NCBI GenBank assembly: GCA_030704615.1
Contig: CM060731.1
Location: 52,886,001-52,950,000, forward strand
DNA: 64,000 nucleotides
Direction: 5' to 3'
DNA from: Takakia lepidozioides
Taxonomy: Eukaryota > Plantae > Bryophyta
Of the stretch, positions 1 to 14,700 are shown one piece after another. Positions within the stretch are counted from its first letter, which is position 1, and every line of letters starts with the position of its first letter. Position numbers and translations under genes: made by a program. A model generated the notes under the pieces. That model was not told the origin of the DNA and did not search any database. It was given only the letters and a program-made list of their open reading frames with translations.

Positions 1-228
1 GTGGAGTGAGTGTTAGTGACATAAGGTCTTATTGATGAATACCTCTGACAGCTGGGAGGTACACTGGTACAGCCAAAATACGGACAGATGACGCAGCTGT
101 CCCAGAGAAGTGCAGTAAGGGTTACAAAACTAATAAATCCTTGCCTCCCTCCTCTTGCAGACGTCCAACAATGAACAGGGAAGGAATCCCCACATACATT
201 TACATGAAGTGCCCAAAAAAGTACAAAC

Positions 229-3200
229 CTGTTGGCACAAAATGAGTTCCAACGACGAAGGAACCTGACACGCGAATCATGACCCCACGTTCGGCAAACG
301 CACAGCACTGCAGGTTTTCCACCACATGCACTAATCTCTCTTCCTCATGATCACATGCCAGCATGTTACGGATGTTACTCAATGTTTTGAAGATCTCATC
401 TGCCCCAGTCGCGATCTGATTTGCGAACCTGAATCAGAGCAAGCGCATAACCTCATCAGATCTCTCAAGGGCTTGGGAACTTGGTAAACGACCAAAACAT
501 CTTCAATAAGACCAGAAATACACTTCAAAACCTGCCATCTAGCCCAGCTTTTGCAAGCTGAGAAGGAGGCGAGCAACACAAACAGTGACAGATGATAATT
601 CAAGACACAGATTTTTAATTTGGATAACACTGGGGTAAAACAGATTACGAAAGCGTAGAGTTTGGGCGATATATGCTTTTCATGTGGGGCCACCGCACTT
701 GGGCTCCATCAAACAACATGTAATAGTGCACTGTGAGCATCTGCTACCACACCCAGGAAATCAGGAGGATATCAGCCAACAAACTGCAAAAAGCTATGCA
801 ATTTCCGCTAAACAAAAAAAAGATAAAAAAGAGAGATCTTACAGTCATGCTGCCTGCACAAGTGAACAAAAATCCTCTAACAAGGGATCAATGATGTGGC
901 TGTTGGTGCACTTCCAGTCAATATTAAACATATGTTGCAGTAGAGAAAGAGAGAGAGAGAGAGACTCTATGTGGGGTCTCGCCACTTCCTCTTGGGAAAC
1001 AGATCATCAGAGAGCGAGAGTAGTAGGGGTCCAATACGACCAAAGAATGGTGGCTACCTAACGCAGTGGAGCTCAGAAGAGAAAATTACATCAGATAAGT
1101 CTTTGAGGCGTTCAGTGGGATCAAAAATACTATGAACAAAGCCGGCCAGGTCCACCTGGGTGTTGTCATATTTTGTAATGAAAGGATGTGCCAGCAACTG
1201 CACAGACAAATAGCACAAAATTATCACAAAGAATTAGTAACTTCTACGTGGGATTCCAACATGTCAGCTTCCTGCACTAGGTGCTACAACATCAGTCCAA
1301 ACTAGATAGTCCCAAAGATTAGACAAAAGAACGTACAAAGTATTGAAAAGAGAGATCTGTGTCAGAAAAGGAAACAAAATTGGAGGAGAGACCTGTTCAG
1401 CTGTTGGCCGAGCATCAGCTTCTTTCAGGAGGCAAGCATCGACAAAGGACCGAAACTCCCAGGAGAATCGATCAGCAGGAGGTGACGGAGATGGATCATA
1501 CATAACCTTCATCCATACAAGTTCTACTTTTCCATCAGCAGTAAGCTAATGAATTAGAATAGCTTCTAGCATTCACCAACATAAGACTGACAAGATGGTA
1601 ATACCTTAGGAAGCCTATTGCATTGAGCCTAAACTGTAAACTCGATGATTATATCTGCTGCAAATACTTCAACATCCCTAAGCTGCCTATTCTTATCTTC
1701 GTTTATTTTTCTTACTCCCAACTTCCATTTCTTCCTGCACCAACTGAGAATAGCTACATTTTATAACTTTCGCATTCCCTCCTGACCAAATTGTAGCTGG
1801 TGCTCAGTAGTGGAAGTGAGTTAATACACATAGAACTATGCCAGCCTTATATGTGTACTGTAGGTTTACAAAGCCTATCCAAATCTTCACTGATCCAGAT
1901 TCTCGAAGAAGGCTGGGTGGTGAGGCATTGGTATCAGGACTCCACCCTCAACAGAGGCTTATGACCTTCCACACAACCTTTGACCACCGGAAAAGCCCAT
2001 TTCAACAGGAGATTGGAATATAATGTTCCCTTCTTCTCAGACACAAATTTGCTGGAGTTTGACATCATAACTTGACATGTTATCTTTCCATGCCTACAGA
2101 TATGCGCCAGCCAAGCACCCAATCCAGCTTCTCCACCATCTTCTACAAAAGATTGTGCTGATGAAAAGGAAATGCATACTTGGAGCATGAGATTGATAGG
2201 CCCTTTGTTGGCACTGTAAGGAAATTCACCAGTGCCACACTCCAGCAGTGCCAGTCCTAGGCTCCAGATATCTGCTGGATACGAATAACACTCGTTGTTT
2301 ATTCTCTCGGGAGACATGTACGTCACTGTGCCCACAAATGTAGCACACTGTGGACCCCGTCGCACCCACAACCAGAGTCACATGGTTCAGGAGGCAGAGA
2401 AGAACAGTGCAGCCTTGTCAAAACACCATCTCTTCCTTCTCATTTTCATTAACTTTCAGAGGAATAGGCGAAGCATCCTTGAAGCAAAGTCTATTTTGTT
2501 TCACAAGCTTGACTGAGCAAACCCTTCCAAGAAAAGCAACCCCAACAACAAAGGGAGAAGAGAAGTCACAAGACAGTAGCATTCAGTTCTCAACAACTAC
2601 TGAGGGAAAAGACTACGACAAGCCTGTGAAGGCCAGCTCCAAACCAAGGTGCCACCAGGGACTAACGGCACAGAGGAAATACGCAGAAAGCCTGTCAGAA
2701 GTGCAGCAATAACAAGCAGAAAATCCTTCCAGTAACTCGCTCTCTCTCTCTCTATGGCTAAGTTCTTTGTAACAACACTCAAGAATTGCCTGATCCCTCT
2801 GGCTCTCTCTCTATCCTTGAATATGGTAAGGAGAATGGTACATCCATGAAGGTTCCTAGTGAGCAAACAGGACATTTGATGGTGAACTAATCCATGATAT
2901 CTTGTCCTGGGCCCTGTAGGAGCAGCATACTGGAGTACACACCTTCTGCATGATCCAGTCAATGTACATTGCTCTCTTGGCTGGTCTACTGTAGGAAATG
3001 CCTTGTGTCTGAGTTAAGAAACCTGAAATTAAGAGGCTTGAGGATTTCTCTCTCTTTCTCTCTCTTTCCTTAAATTCTAATGGCAGACGGTTAATTAACT
3101 GTCTAGAAGAGCTTCAGCTTTTGACCTTGAATAACAGGACAAGAGGTGACCAAGTGCAGTGGACTCATGAGAAACCCCAAACTGGGGAACGTTCCATTGT

Positions 3201-6200
3201 GGACTATATCATAATGGACAAAATTTTGTTCCCCCAGTGTGCCAATGTGTTGATCGACAGAACTGATATTGGTACCTCTGACCACTTCCTGGTTTGGACT
3301 GAGATCAAAAGGTGTTTTCCCACCACCAAGAGATCTGTGAAACATTCGATTCGGAAGTGGCGCATAGAAAAATTCCACAATGAGGAGGTCAAGGCTGAGT
3401 ACGTCCAGGCCTTGCAAGAGGCTCTCCCTCATTTTGTCCAATCGCTCCAAGAACTTCAGTCATGCTCTGTTAACGCAAGAAATGAAGTTGAAAGAGCAGT
3501 GGACTCTTGGGAGAGTTTCGTTTCCTCCATGGCTGACAAGATCATTGGGAGGAAACTAATTGTCTGCGGTAGAGGAGTTAATTGGTGGACTAATGAGATT
3601 AAACTCAAGATAGCTGAGAGACGAGCCCTCTATAAAGAGTGCTGCAATTTGGAAACCAACAGAGAATTGTGGGCGAGGTACTACCAGCTCCGTAAAGATA
3701 TCAATCAGCTTGTTAGGTCTCAGAAGAAATTATACTGGGACAAGTTATACAGTGAAATAAACTCAAACTACCATGGTGGTAATGACAAGAAATTCTGGTT
3801 GGCCCTTCAACGTTTGTACAAACCGAAAAACGGTCAGCAAGTACAAGCGCTGAAGACTACTAAAGGTGCAGTGGTGACTTCATCGGTTGACATTGTCAAA
3901 ACCTTTGAAACTCACTACAGTATCCTTGGCAGAACTTCTAGGTCTAACAGTGAGGGGTCTTCTGCTGAATGGAGGGACACAGTTGGAAAAACTGTTCCTA
4001 TGATTCAAAACAGCCCTGATGAACTGGAGTATATTTCAATGGCTTATAATGCTCCCATTAGTTCTTCTGAGATTGTGGAAGCAATTGAACATTTAAATGG
4101 ATATAAAGCTGGTGGACCTGATGGTATTGTCAACGAGCTTATCAAGCACGGTGGCGATCCCATGATAGAGGCCCTAGTTCTCCTCTTTAACCTTATCTGG
4201 AAGACTGAAATGATCCCCTTTCGCTGGCGAAAGGGGGTCATTGTCAATCTATACAAGAAGGGTGACAGAGAAGAACCGGGGAACTACTGTGGCATCACGC
4301 TCCTCAATGCTGTTGGCAAGACATTCTGCAGAGTTATAAGTACTCGTCTCGAGGTTGATCTGGAGTCTAGAGGTTGTTTCCACGAAGGCCAAGCTGGCTT
4401 TCGGCGAAACAGGGGCTGTGTGGATCATATCTTCACTCTAAGCCAGATTATCCAGGGAAGGAAAAAAGAAGGGAAACCCACTTATGTCTTTTTCCTGGAT
4501 GTCAAAAAGGCTTATGACACAGTGTGGAGAGATGGCCTATGGTTACGCCTCTGGTCTTGTGGGATCAAGGGAAAGATGTGGAGAGTTGTCCACAACTTGT
4601 ATGCTCACACCAAAAGCTGTGTCACTGTTAACGGACAGAAGTCCAACTTCTTTGACATAGACCAAGGTGTAGCTCAAGGATGTACTCTCTCCCCTCTGCT
4701 CTTCAATGTTTTCATCAATCAACTCCTCGAGGATGTGGAAAGTGAGGGATTTGGGTTAAGGGTGGGTGATACCACCATACCAGCCCTTATGTTTGCGGAT
4801 GACTTCGCAGGCATAGGGGAGACTCCAACCAATCTCCAGGAGTTGATTGATTGCGCGAAGAGATACTTTGATCTTTGGGGGCTAGAGGCTAATGTCAGCA
4901 AATGTGCAGTGGTAGCATTCAACGACAGAGGAGAGGGAGGAAGTGATCTTAAGTGGCAGTGGGGTAGCCAAGAGATCCCGGTCCTCCCTTCCTACACTTA
5001 CCTGGGCATTGAGTTCTCCTCCAATTGTAATTGGGATGCACATATCCGGAAAGTTGTTCAAACTGGCAAGGGCAAAGCTCTGGGGCTCACTAAATTTTTC
5101 CACTGCAGAGGGGTCAACTCTGAGGTCAAGAAAACCATGCTTTGTCGCGTTATTAGACCTGCCTTGGAGTACGGATCTGCTATATGGGTTGATAACTCCA
5201 ACCAGGCTAAGTCTCTAGAATCCATTCAAGTGGGGGTGCTTAAGGAGTGTATGTCAGCATGCTCCAAAACAGCCAATGTGGCTGTTCGGGGTGAGTTTGG
5301 CATTCCGTCCTTAAGCTCCCGACGAGATGAATTCAAGGTCAGATGGTGGGGTCAGCTGCAACATATGCCCAACACCAGATATCCTAAGTTAATCGACTCT
5401 ATATCTTGGAAACAGGACCGCCCTGTCAAACAGGCTAAGTCCTGGCAGAAGAGAGTAGAAGAGATCCTCAAGGACCTGGACCTGGACCTGGATCCGCAAG
5501 TCTTGACCCTGCTGGATAAATCTGACTTAGAGGCTGTCGTGTCCTCAGCCATGTCTGTTGCCATGAGATTGTCTGATGAAAATGAAGTTAGGCAGAAAAC
5601 TTCCCTGAACTTGTTTCCAGTCTGTGACGTGGGGGAGGACATCTTGGATGACCTCAAGGGTCTACCCACTCTCGGCACTAGACTGAAATTTAAACTCAGG
5701 GCAGGAAGCCTACCTTTGAACAGCAAACAGAAGCAGAGAGGAAAGGGAGAGTGCAATTGCCCGTTGTGTGGGCAATCTGAAGACAGTATTCATTTTCTGA
5801 TACACTGTCCGGGGTTCTCTCACCAAAGAGACCTCTCTTCAAATCTATTAAGGGAATTGTGCCTGTACCCCTGTTTACCAACTTTGAAAGTCTCGAGGCT
5901 GAGCCAAAAGCCCAGGCCCTCCTGAGGCCTAGTTTTTGGGCAAATCACACACAGCAGATTGATGCTTGTGTGAAGGGATTTCTAGAGGATATCTGGAAAA
6001 CCCGTATTAATTCTTTATATGGAGGTAAGTCTTACTACCAACGTCAGCCCCTGACAGAGGTAGGTTCTGTCCCTTTTGTTCCCGCTCAAACTGGGCTCGG
6101 GGTCAATGGCCACAAGGCTACGGCAAACAACGTCTTATGAGTACAATCTCTTTCCTTAAATGTGGCTAAGTTCTTTGTTACAGCATTCAAGAATTGTCTG

Positions 6201-9200
6201 ATCTCATTATTCTGTTCAGATTTTTTTGCCTAGAATGGAAGGGGAAACAGAGAACGGGATGACTCACTAGGGTTCTTTATAGGTTTTAACCTAAAGCAGC
6301 TGCCCTACAAGATTATCAAGTAACACACACACTCTCTTTAATATATATTACATACAACGTGCCCATTAGTTCTTCTGAGATTGCTGAGGCAAAAGAACAT
6401 CTAAAAGGCTATAAAGCCGAGGGGTGCGATGGCATTGTCAACAAGCTAATCAAGTAGCCTATAGTAGAGGCCTTGCCATCCTCTTTCACCTTATTTGGAC
6501 AACTGAAATAATACCCTTTTGCTGGGGAGAGGATGTCATTGTCAATATGTATGAGAAAGGTGAGAGAGAAGAGCCTGGGCACACCTGTGGCATTACACTC
6601 CTTGGCACAGTTGGCAAGCTGTTTTGAAGGGCTTCCGGAGTATTAGGGGTTGCCTTGACCATATCTTTAACCTCAGCCAGACCATTCAGGGAAGGAAAAA
6701 AGAAGTATAACCCACCTTTGCCTTCGTAAAAAGGCCTATGACATGGTATGGCATGAAAGGCTGTGGCTTCATCTGTGGTCAGGGGAAAGATATGAAGGAT
6801 AGTTCACAACCTGTAGGCGAACACCAAAAAGCTGCATCATGGTCAATAGCCAGAAGTCTAATTTCTTTGAGATTGACCAAGGTGTAGTTCAAGGTTGTAT
6901 CCTCTCCACACTGCTCTTCAATGTTTTCATTAATCGGCTCCTTGAAGACGTGGAAAGTGAGGGATCTGGGTTAAAGGTGGGTGATGCCACGATATCAGCT
7001 CTTCGGCCTGGAGGATACCCCATCCAATCTTCAGGAATTGATTGGAAGCACGAAGAATGTCCAACCAAAACAAAGTTGGCCATCAAACTTCCTAAACTTC
7101 TTTCCAGTTTGTGACATGGGTGAGGACCTTAAGGATGATCTGAAGGGCCTACCTACCCTCGGCACTAGAATGAAAATTAAACTCAGAGCACGGAATCTAC
7201 CTTCAAACAATAAACAGATGCAGAGAGGAAAGGGAGATTGTTGATGTGAGGGCGGCCTCCAGTTTCTGATCCAATGTCCGGGGTAATCCCATCATATCAG
7301 CTTTATAAATCTTGTTGGGATCTGATTGCTGGCAGCTCACACACGGCAGATGATTTCTAGAGGAAATCTGGAAAGCCGGAACCAACTGATAATCCCCAGG
7401 TAAGTCCCACTACTGGAGTGAGCCCCTCACAAAGGTAGTGTCTGTTCCCTCTTGTTCTGCCCAAAATGGGCCAAACTGGGTGTGGGGTGTATGGCCACAA
7501 GGCTACAGTAAACAACCATTTACTCTTACATCGTGAGCTTTCCGCGGACGTTATAAAGTACCATTTCATTTCTTATGAGCACTTTCTTTGATGTGCTTCG
7601 TTCACTCCCTATTTCAAGATGTATCAACTCTCTATAAGGATGAGAACCACAATCTCTCCAAGCCCACATTCGGTCAAAGAAATATACCTGGCTTTGGAAC
7701 CCCTAATTATTGGAAGGAATTCTTGGAAGGAATTCTTAGGGACACTGCCCCACCATCTTTTCTTCCTACTTTTGTGGTGGAAAAGTTAGCTCTCAAAGGG
7801 TTGGTACTTTCCTACAGCCAGTGTATTTCAGATAAACCAAGCAACATCCCTGCAACTCTGTATTTCTAGAGATTCTTCTCTTTCTCTGCTCTCTGCTTGG
7901 CTCTCTGCCTAACTTTAGTACGTAAAAGCACCAACCACTGTATGACACATGCACAGCCTGAACCTATCCTCTCCTTGTGGAACATACACCAGTGGCTCAA
8001 CTTACCATTGCGATTGAGTTATCGAGGCCTGCACTGATACCAAAATCAGTAATCTTGGGCTCACCATTGAGGTTGATAAGCAAATTGGCGGGCTTGATGT
8101 CGCGATGCACAAGATGTCTCTCTCCATGCAGAAACACCAACCCCTGGGGTTACACAGCCATGACGATGGTCAATACACCAACGAAGTCAGTTAGCATCAG
8201 AGTCACCAACAACCATGGCCGAAATGTTGTCTCTTCAATTCAACAAACTTTGTAGTAGTCAGTCACCTCCTTGCCTATTCATTTACATTGTAAGAATAAT
8301 AGCAACAAACACAGATGTAAGAACCATTGACACTTAGATGTACATCAATTTGCAGGTACACCTGAATCTCAACTGTTGATTAGAATGAGGCTCAGAGTAC
8401 TGCTATGCCACAAGTCCTATCACTGTTACCCTCATTGATGCACTAAAAACTATGAAAACAAAATGAACACACAGTAAAAAACTGTCTAACAGTATAAGTA
8501 GACTTCCTATTCTAGGCTTGGAAAAGACTTTAAGCAAACAGGTCACACACAACAAGAAGAGCTTCCAAGGTAAATACAAGTGATGCTCTTCACCTGTAAG
8601 ACTGTACGAGTGATGACAGAAAGAATTGGTTCAGGAATGAACTTCTTTGTCCGCACAATGTCAGCCAATGAACCACCATCCATGTATTCAAGAGCAATGC
8701 TGATTTGTCCACTGTCTGGAGAATAGAAGGCCCCATAAAATTCCACCAACCCTCTGACTTGCGGTGCCTCACACAATGTGCGTATTTCGTTCAATAGTTG
8801 CTGCCTCTTCTCCTACATTGATAAAAAAAACTACTCACATTGTAAGAAGACTAGCTAAGCCTGCACTCATCTTATGTATTCAACTATCAGTTAACCAAGC
8901 TTCACATTTAGATCTTGTGGGAGTAAGTTGACGAACACATATACAGAAGATTTTCAGTATCAATGAATACTGTCTCTGTAATTCTGTGCTCCATCATACC
9001 TTGGCAATCAAGTACCTCTCTGTACTTCTATTGCTGCAATTTATCATCATTGCATCCCCACATGTTGTGCAACAAACAACCGAGTTGTCCAAACGTAGGT
9101 ATGTGTGATTGATCAGGTTCATTATAGCATGTAGGTTGGAGTGCTTGCTTGCCTTCTCAAACACATTGATTTTCTTCAAAGCCAGGATGCGATGGGTTGG

Positions 9201-10127
9201 GATGTGTATGGCCTTGCGGACCACACTGCTGGCCCCCCATCCAATGGCACCAAATACGCACATCTCATTGGATGCACACTGGTAGGTCTTCTCCTGGTCA
9301 CTAGACTCCTTGTCATCTAAGCTTGCAGATCTCCGCTTCTGCAACCCTAGCTCATTAATGTTGTACTCGGCACATGACCTACTCAATAGGTTCAACGATC
9401 CCCCATCCGTGACCTTCAATCCACAACGAAAAAGACCATTAGATGCAGATTTGCAGATACCACATACATGGCCACAAAGTTTTCATGAAACTTGATGTAT
9501 GAGTATTAAGGATTCCACCCATGCAACATGGGCCCATTCCATGAAATGGATGTAGTCTAGTGATTGGAATAGTCACTCTTTGCTGAAAAGTTCCTCATGA
9601 AGCGGACAATCATCTACTGCTTCCTCCCTCCACTCAAATTGGTCAATGATGATGAATCCTACTACTGAAGGCAAGGGAAAACTTAAAGAGAGTGGGAGCT
9701 GCCGAAGCTTGAAATCTATAGCAGCAGTTGCCCCACTTCCGACAGTAACACAATCATAGAAAACATTTGATCAATTGCTGGAAATAGGATATATGATAAG
9801 AAGACTTCCTGACATTTTGAAAGATGAATAATTTCTGGTCAAGTGCTAAAATTTGCACTGCTTCTCATCTGGAACAATTACCAAATGATTCAAATGTCCA
9901 ATCAAGTGAAGTTCAATGTAAGTTTTTGAATTGTGAATTTATACAATAGCTAGCCTTGGGAACCCGAGTCTCTCCTGCTTCTCTCTCCATCTCTATCCCG
10001 GAGCTTGTGTGTGAAGCATATGTACCTTGTAGGATGCAGATGCATCAATAGACATGCCAGGCGCCAAACTCGCTTCTATGTTCAACAGCGGCAGCAACTT
10101 CTTCTTCATCTGCTCTAGTCCCGCCAT
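229..10127 (-). CDS. MKK3: MAP kinase kinase, group B (kinase + C-terminal NTF2-like domain); 3' end not resolved, probably beyond the left edge
   Basis: Phase-compatible exons 10127-10026, 9413-9153, 8812-8594, 8143-8006, 2347-2180, 1506-1393, 1197-1090, 740-649, 428-229. Motifs: [44 protein letters not shown]. The NTF2-like tail ([12 protein letters not shown]...[10 protein letters not shown]...[10 protein letters not shown]) is typical of plant MKK3. Confidence 0.93.
3076..6146 (+). mobile_element. 5'-truncated non-LTR retrotransposon (LINE, RTE/RTEX-like) in MKK3 intron 4, antisense to the host gene
   Basis: 15-bp TSD TCTCTTTCCTTAAAT at 3061-3075 and 6147-6161. Encodes the end of an APE endonuclease, an RT and a CCHC knuckle. 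Clade assignment is inference. Confidence 0.92.
3121..6140 (+). pseudogene. LINE ORF2: C-terminal part of APE endonuclease + reverse transcriptase + zinc knuckle; one frameshift near 5831
   Basis: IVDYI...SDH (APE end); [46 protein letters not shown] (RT); [17 protein letters not shown]. The copy at 45301 (gagacactctc) versus 5828 (gagacctctc) shows a 1-nt deletion; the C-terminus continues in ORF 5859-6140. Confidence 0.9.
6350..7575 (+). mobile_element. Older, internally deleted copy of the same LINE family
   Basis: Broken ORFs match ORF2 ([42 protein letters not shown]) and there is a degenerate 3' end (tggccacaaggctacagtaaacaac); many stops and deletions. Confidence 0.85.
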
Positions 10128-11756
10128 AGCTGCAGCTGTCCTCTGCTATTGCCTTACTATAGCGGCGTAAGAGGTAGGAATGCCAAGCAACTCAATTGAA
10201 CATTATGCTGCCTTTCCTCGGTGAGTCTGCGGACCTGTTCTTCCGGCAGATTCCGACTCGAGGACTTTGACAGATCAACCCGCAGTAAAGGGAATCCAAA
10301 CTAACCTCTGTGTAGCAGATTGAATGTATAGCCACTAAGCAATACTTTCCATGTGTCTCGAGAGCATCGAGAGAAAAGCTTGATATTCAAGCAATTCTAA
10401 GCCCCCGAGACAAACATCTGACCCCATTGTAGAATGCAGGAACCCCCAGAGCAAGCAAACTCGTGTGGATCGAAATTAGGCCATCTATCCCCCAGGTGTA
10501 GAAACTCAGGTAGCTGCAATGAAGTGACCTCGAGCGTTACGTGTGATTTAGCACCCACAGGTAACCCCCTGACGTTTTCCGACAATCTTACTTATCACTG
10601 CTGCCAGAACCCTTCAAACTTCTTACACTTGTAAAATTGCACCCCGACTTCAACTGCTTCCTTACGACTGGAGCCATTCCCGGGTTATCTCCTCAAAGAT
10701 AATCCATTTTGAAGAATCCGATCAGAAAACAGAAGATGCCTCACTCTATCAACTAACATCCAGTTATACGATGGCGTGTGTGCCGAGCGACACGAAATGA
10801 AGTCCAAGGAATCCTCGAGGCCTGCAAGAAAACGTGCCAAATTGTGCCATGCAAAAAACCCTTGGCCTGAATATCGTTATTAGAACTTAAGAGAGGCAAC
10901 CACATTGAGCGCTTGTAGGCCCCCCTCTTGTGGGTGTGCGGGTATAGGGTTTGCAGTGCCTGCTACAGGAATAGAGGCCCGCAAAAAACTGTATTCCATT
11001 GTCTAGTCACCAAATCTTTTCTGTTTTGCTCTCCACAGTCCACAGCACGATCAAATTATGGTGCCGAGTTGGATGCCTCCATTGACATTCCTGCATTCCT
11101 GTCTCTCTCTTCACACTCAAGGACATCGAACTGGTTGCAAGAGAGAAGGGAGGAGAGAAAGGCTGCTTTTGAGGGTGAGGAGAGCGAAAGACATAAGCAA
11201 GAGTCGCCATCGATGCTCGCTTAAAGGTTATGGCCAACTATAAGAAAAGTTGTGTTTCAAGACCAGCGTCTTTCGTCCCTCTTCGGTAGTATCAATATTT
11301 TGCCAGTCCTCTTGCATATCAGAGGTAGTAGTATTGAGACATTTGTGTATTTAGACAGTACCCACCCCTTAGGCAACAGTACCAGCAAGAGACAGTGCCT
11401 CTTATTTGGGTGGGCTTTGGCCGGTGTCTGCTCTCTTTCAAAAATGTCTCAGACAAATGTTTCAAACGTTTCTTCCTAGTATCATTCGGATACTCAAGAA
11501 GGTCTCATCTTTTTATCATTGTTCAATCTGCAATGGTGTAGTGAAGCTATACAAACAATAGTTGGAAACCACCAAAACTTGATCCTGTTACTTCCTGAGG
11601 TCTTTTGTTTGACTGTTGTTTACTGCAACTTATGCTTTCTGTCACTGCACCCAGCTCTTTCTTTTCTACAGGTTTAGAGAGTGACCAGCATGAATGCCTG
11701 AAATACCCTTCAGCTCTGACATTTCATCCGATGCACTTTCTTTCATTTTGTCTTTT

Positions 11757-14700
11757 TCACCAGTATTCCCCACAGGAACAGACCCCATCTTGGAAGTGGT
11801 GAAAGCGGTTGGCATCCCGTACAATGACTTCTCGCCCCACAATCTTCGAGATGAACTTGGTGGCGGCGTGACAGTCACCACACACCCGAAGGTTCTTGAT
11901 GATACGGATGGGTGTCTGGGGGGCTGTGCTGATGAGCCCAAAAGCAATGGCCAGCTTCTCACTGTGGTAGCAAAGAGATATCTCCTTTTGCTCCTCCTCC
12001 ACATCATGCAAGACAAAGCGTGTGTCGGGGACATATCCGGCCTCCTTCATCAACCCATACAGTCTGCTTAGTTCAGCATGAATTTCCTCAATTTGTGGAT
12101 GCATTTTGTCTTCTACAACGAATGTATGCACTTGCTTGTTGATCTCAATGCAGCTGCGCCCTGGCTCTTTTCTGATGTTTCTGTCCTGCATCATTTTTCT
12201 CACCTTTTCTTTATCATCCCATCTGCCAGCTGCAGCATAGATGTTTGATAGCAACACATAAGTTGCAGCATCCTGTGGATCTAACACAAGAAGGCATTTT
12301 GCTGCATGTTCCGCTAGCTCCACATCACCATGTATTCTGCAGGCACCAAGCAGGGACCCCCACACCGAAGCACCTGGTTCGGTTGGTATATTGCTAATGA
12401 ATTCCTGGGCCTCATCCAATTGCCGTGCACGGCCGAGAAGGTCAACCATGCAGCCAAAATGCTCCATTGTCGGTGTGAGGCCATGATCTCCACTAATGGA
12501 ATCAAAGTAATGATGGCCCTCATCCACCAGGCCCCCATGGCTACATGCAGAGAGAAGTGACGTCAAGGTGATACAATCTGGCTTCAAACCATCCTGTTGC
12601 ATTTGTTCAAATAGATTCAGGGCCTCCCTACCAAACCCATTCTGAGCATACCCTGCAATCATGGTGTTCCATGAGACCAAATCTTGTTGAGTCATACTGT
12701 CGAATACTTGACGCGCATCATTTACACTCCCACATTTTGCATACATGTCAATAAGTGTATTCTGCAGCATGATATTTGGTGTAATTCCACTTTTGCTGAT
12801 GTCAGAATGGACCTCTTTGCCCTTTTCCAGGACTCCCAGACTAGCACATGCATTGAGAAGGCAAATGAACGTCACCCTGTTAGGCATCACCCCATCATGT
12901 ACCATTTGCGCATACATCATGAAAGCCTCGCTACCACTCTCATGCTGGGCATACCCTGCTATCATGGCATTCCACGAGACCACATCTCGTTGAACCATAT
13001 TATTGAACACTTCGCGTGCAGTCTTTACGCTGCCACATTTGGCATACATATCAGCGAGGGCAGTTTCCAGAATGGTATCTTGCACAATTCCAGATTTGAT
13101 GATTTCACTATGGACTTTCTTACCCTTTTCCAGGTCTCCTAGACTGGCACAGGCATTGAGAACACAACTGTATGTGACCGTGTCAGGCATCACCCGTTTG
13201 CACTGCATTTGCTCATAGATCTCCAAAGCCTCCCCACCACACCCATGCTGAGCATATCCTGCAATCATCGCATTCCATGAAACCACATTTCGTTCAGCCA
13301 TGTTGTCAAACACATGACGTGCATCTCTTACACTACCGCATTTGGCATACATGTCAACAAGCGCAGTCTCCAGAATGGTATCTCGCACAATTCCAGTTTT
13401 GATGATGTCAGCATGGACCTCTATGGCCTTTTCCAGGACTCGTAGACTAGCACACACCTTGAGAATGCAAGTGAGTGTCACCTTGTCAGGCCTCACCCCT
13501 TCCCGGTGCATTTGCTCATAGATATCCAAAGCCTCCCTACCACACCCATGCTTGGCATATCCAGTTATCATCATATTCCACGTAAACATATCTCGTTTAG
13601 CCATCTTGTCAAACACTAGGCGTGCATCTACTACACTCCCGCACTTGGCATACATGTTAACAAGTGTGTTGAGTAGAAAGATGTTTGACTTGAATCCTCT
13701 TTGGATGATGTGAGCATGCACAAGCTTTCCCTCTGCTAGGCCTGTCATGTCGATGCACTTCTGCAAGACACAGGCGTAAGTATTGGAGTCTGCCTGAATG
13801 CCCCGGTGGACCAAAATGTGCAGCGCCTCTTTCAGTCGTCCTGCCTTGCATAGTGTCCTCACGTCCCTACAAGTGCCAGAAGACTTCTTGTCGACTCCCT
13901 CTCTTGGCCCACTTTCAAACCTGGTGATGATGGTGGAGGTGCTATCCCTACAGCCAGTCTGATGTCCAACAAACAACTGTGTCCAATTCAGTTCCACCAT
14001 TCTGCATGACACACAACACACATCTCATCGCCCCTAGATCCATCAAAGCAGATTTCTTCATATAGGGGCTTGTAGACATTAGGGGTACAAAATAATCATC
14101 TACTTTCAGAATTCATTGTATCAACAATTCTACGTAAACACTGGAACCATTCAATCATCATCAAAACAATACCCATTGTGTTCTTGGCCTGGAGCTCCAT
14201 GGCATACATTGACCTTAGAAGCATCAGTAGATTGTGTTTGACCTTGTTCCATGGTGGCTAGCTCTGCCTTCACCCAAGGAGGGTTCAAGCCACCCTGAGT
14301 CCAAAGGGCCTTCATTTTGCACTTATGTCTGAAGTCTGGCGATCTTTGACATTTCTGTGAAACCAACAGTGAGCAGCTGGCATATCTTCAACCACAGCCT
14401 CACATAGACCAGGCTACAACCTCCGAAGCTCAAAGCAAAACAGCAACTTACATGCATGTTCTTCCTTACAGCTAATAAGGAAGAACACCGAGCTGCTTTT
14501 GCTCTATTTCTTAGTGGCAACAGGGAAAATTGCGCTGGTATAAAACTCGAGATACAATCCAACTTGATCATTTTGACAAACTCTTTCATGTAGCACACGA
14601 GCACCTTACTTTGTCTAACCTGTCCCACCAGTGGGAAGGATATGCAAAGACTTCCCGCCAGAGCCTTTCTAGAGTCAGTGCTCGACCTGCATGCAATGAC

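Noticed and set aside
2753-6205. ~45-bp similarity between 2753-2797 and 6162-6205 as LTRs or a long TSD
   Set aside because: Too short and diverged, and the LINE has its own 15-bp TSD; likely an older local duplication.
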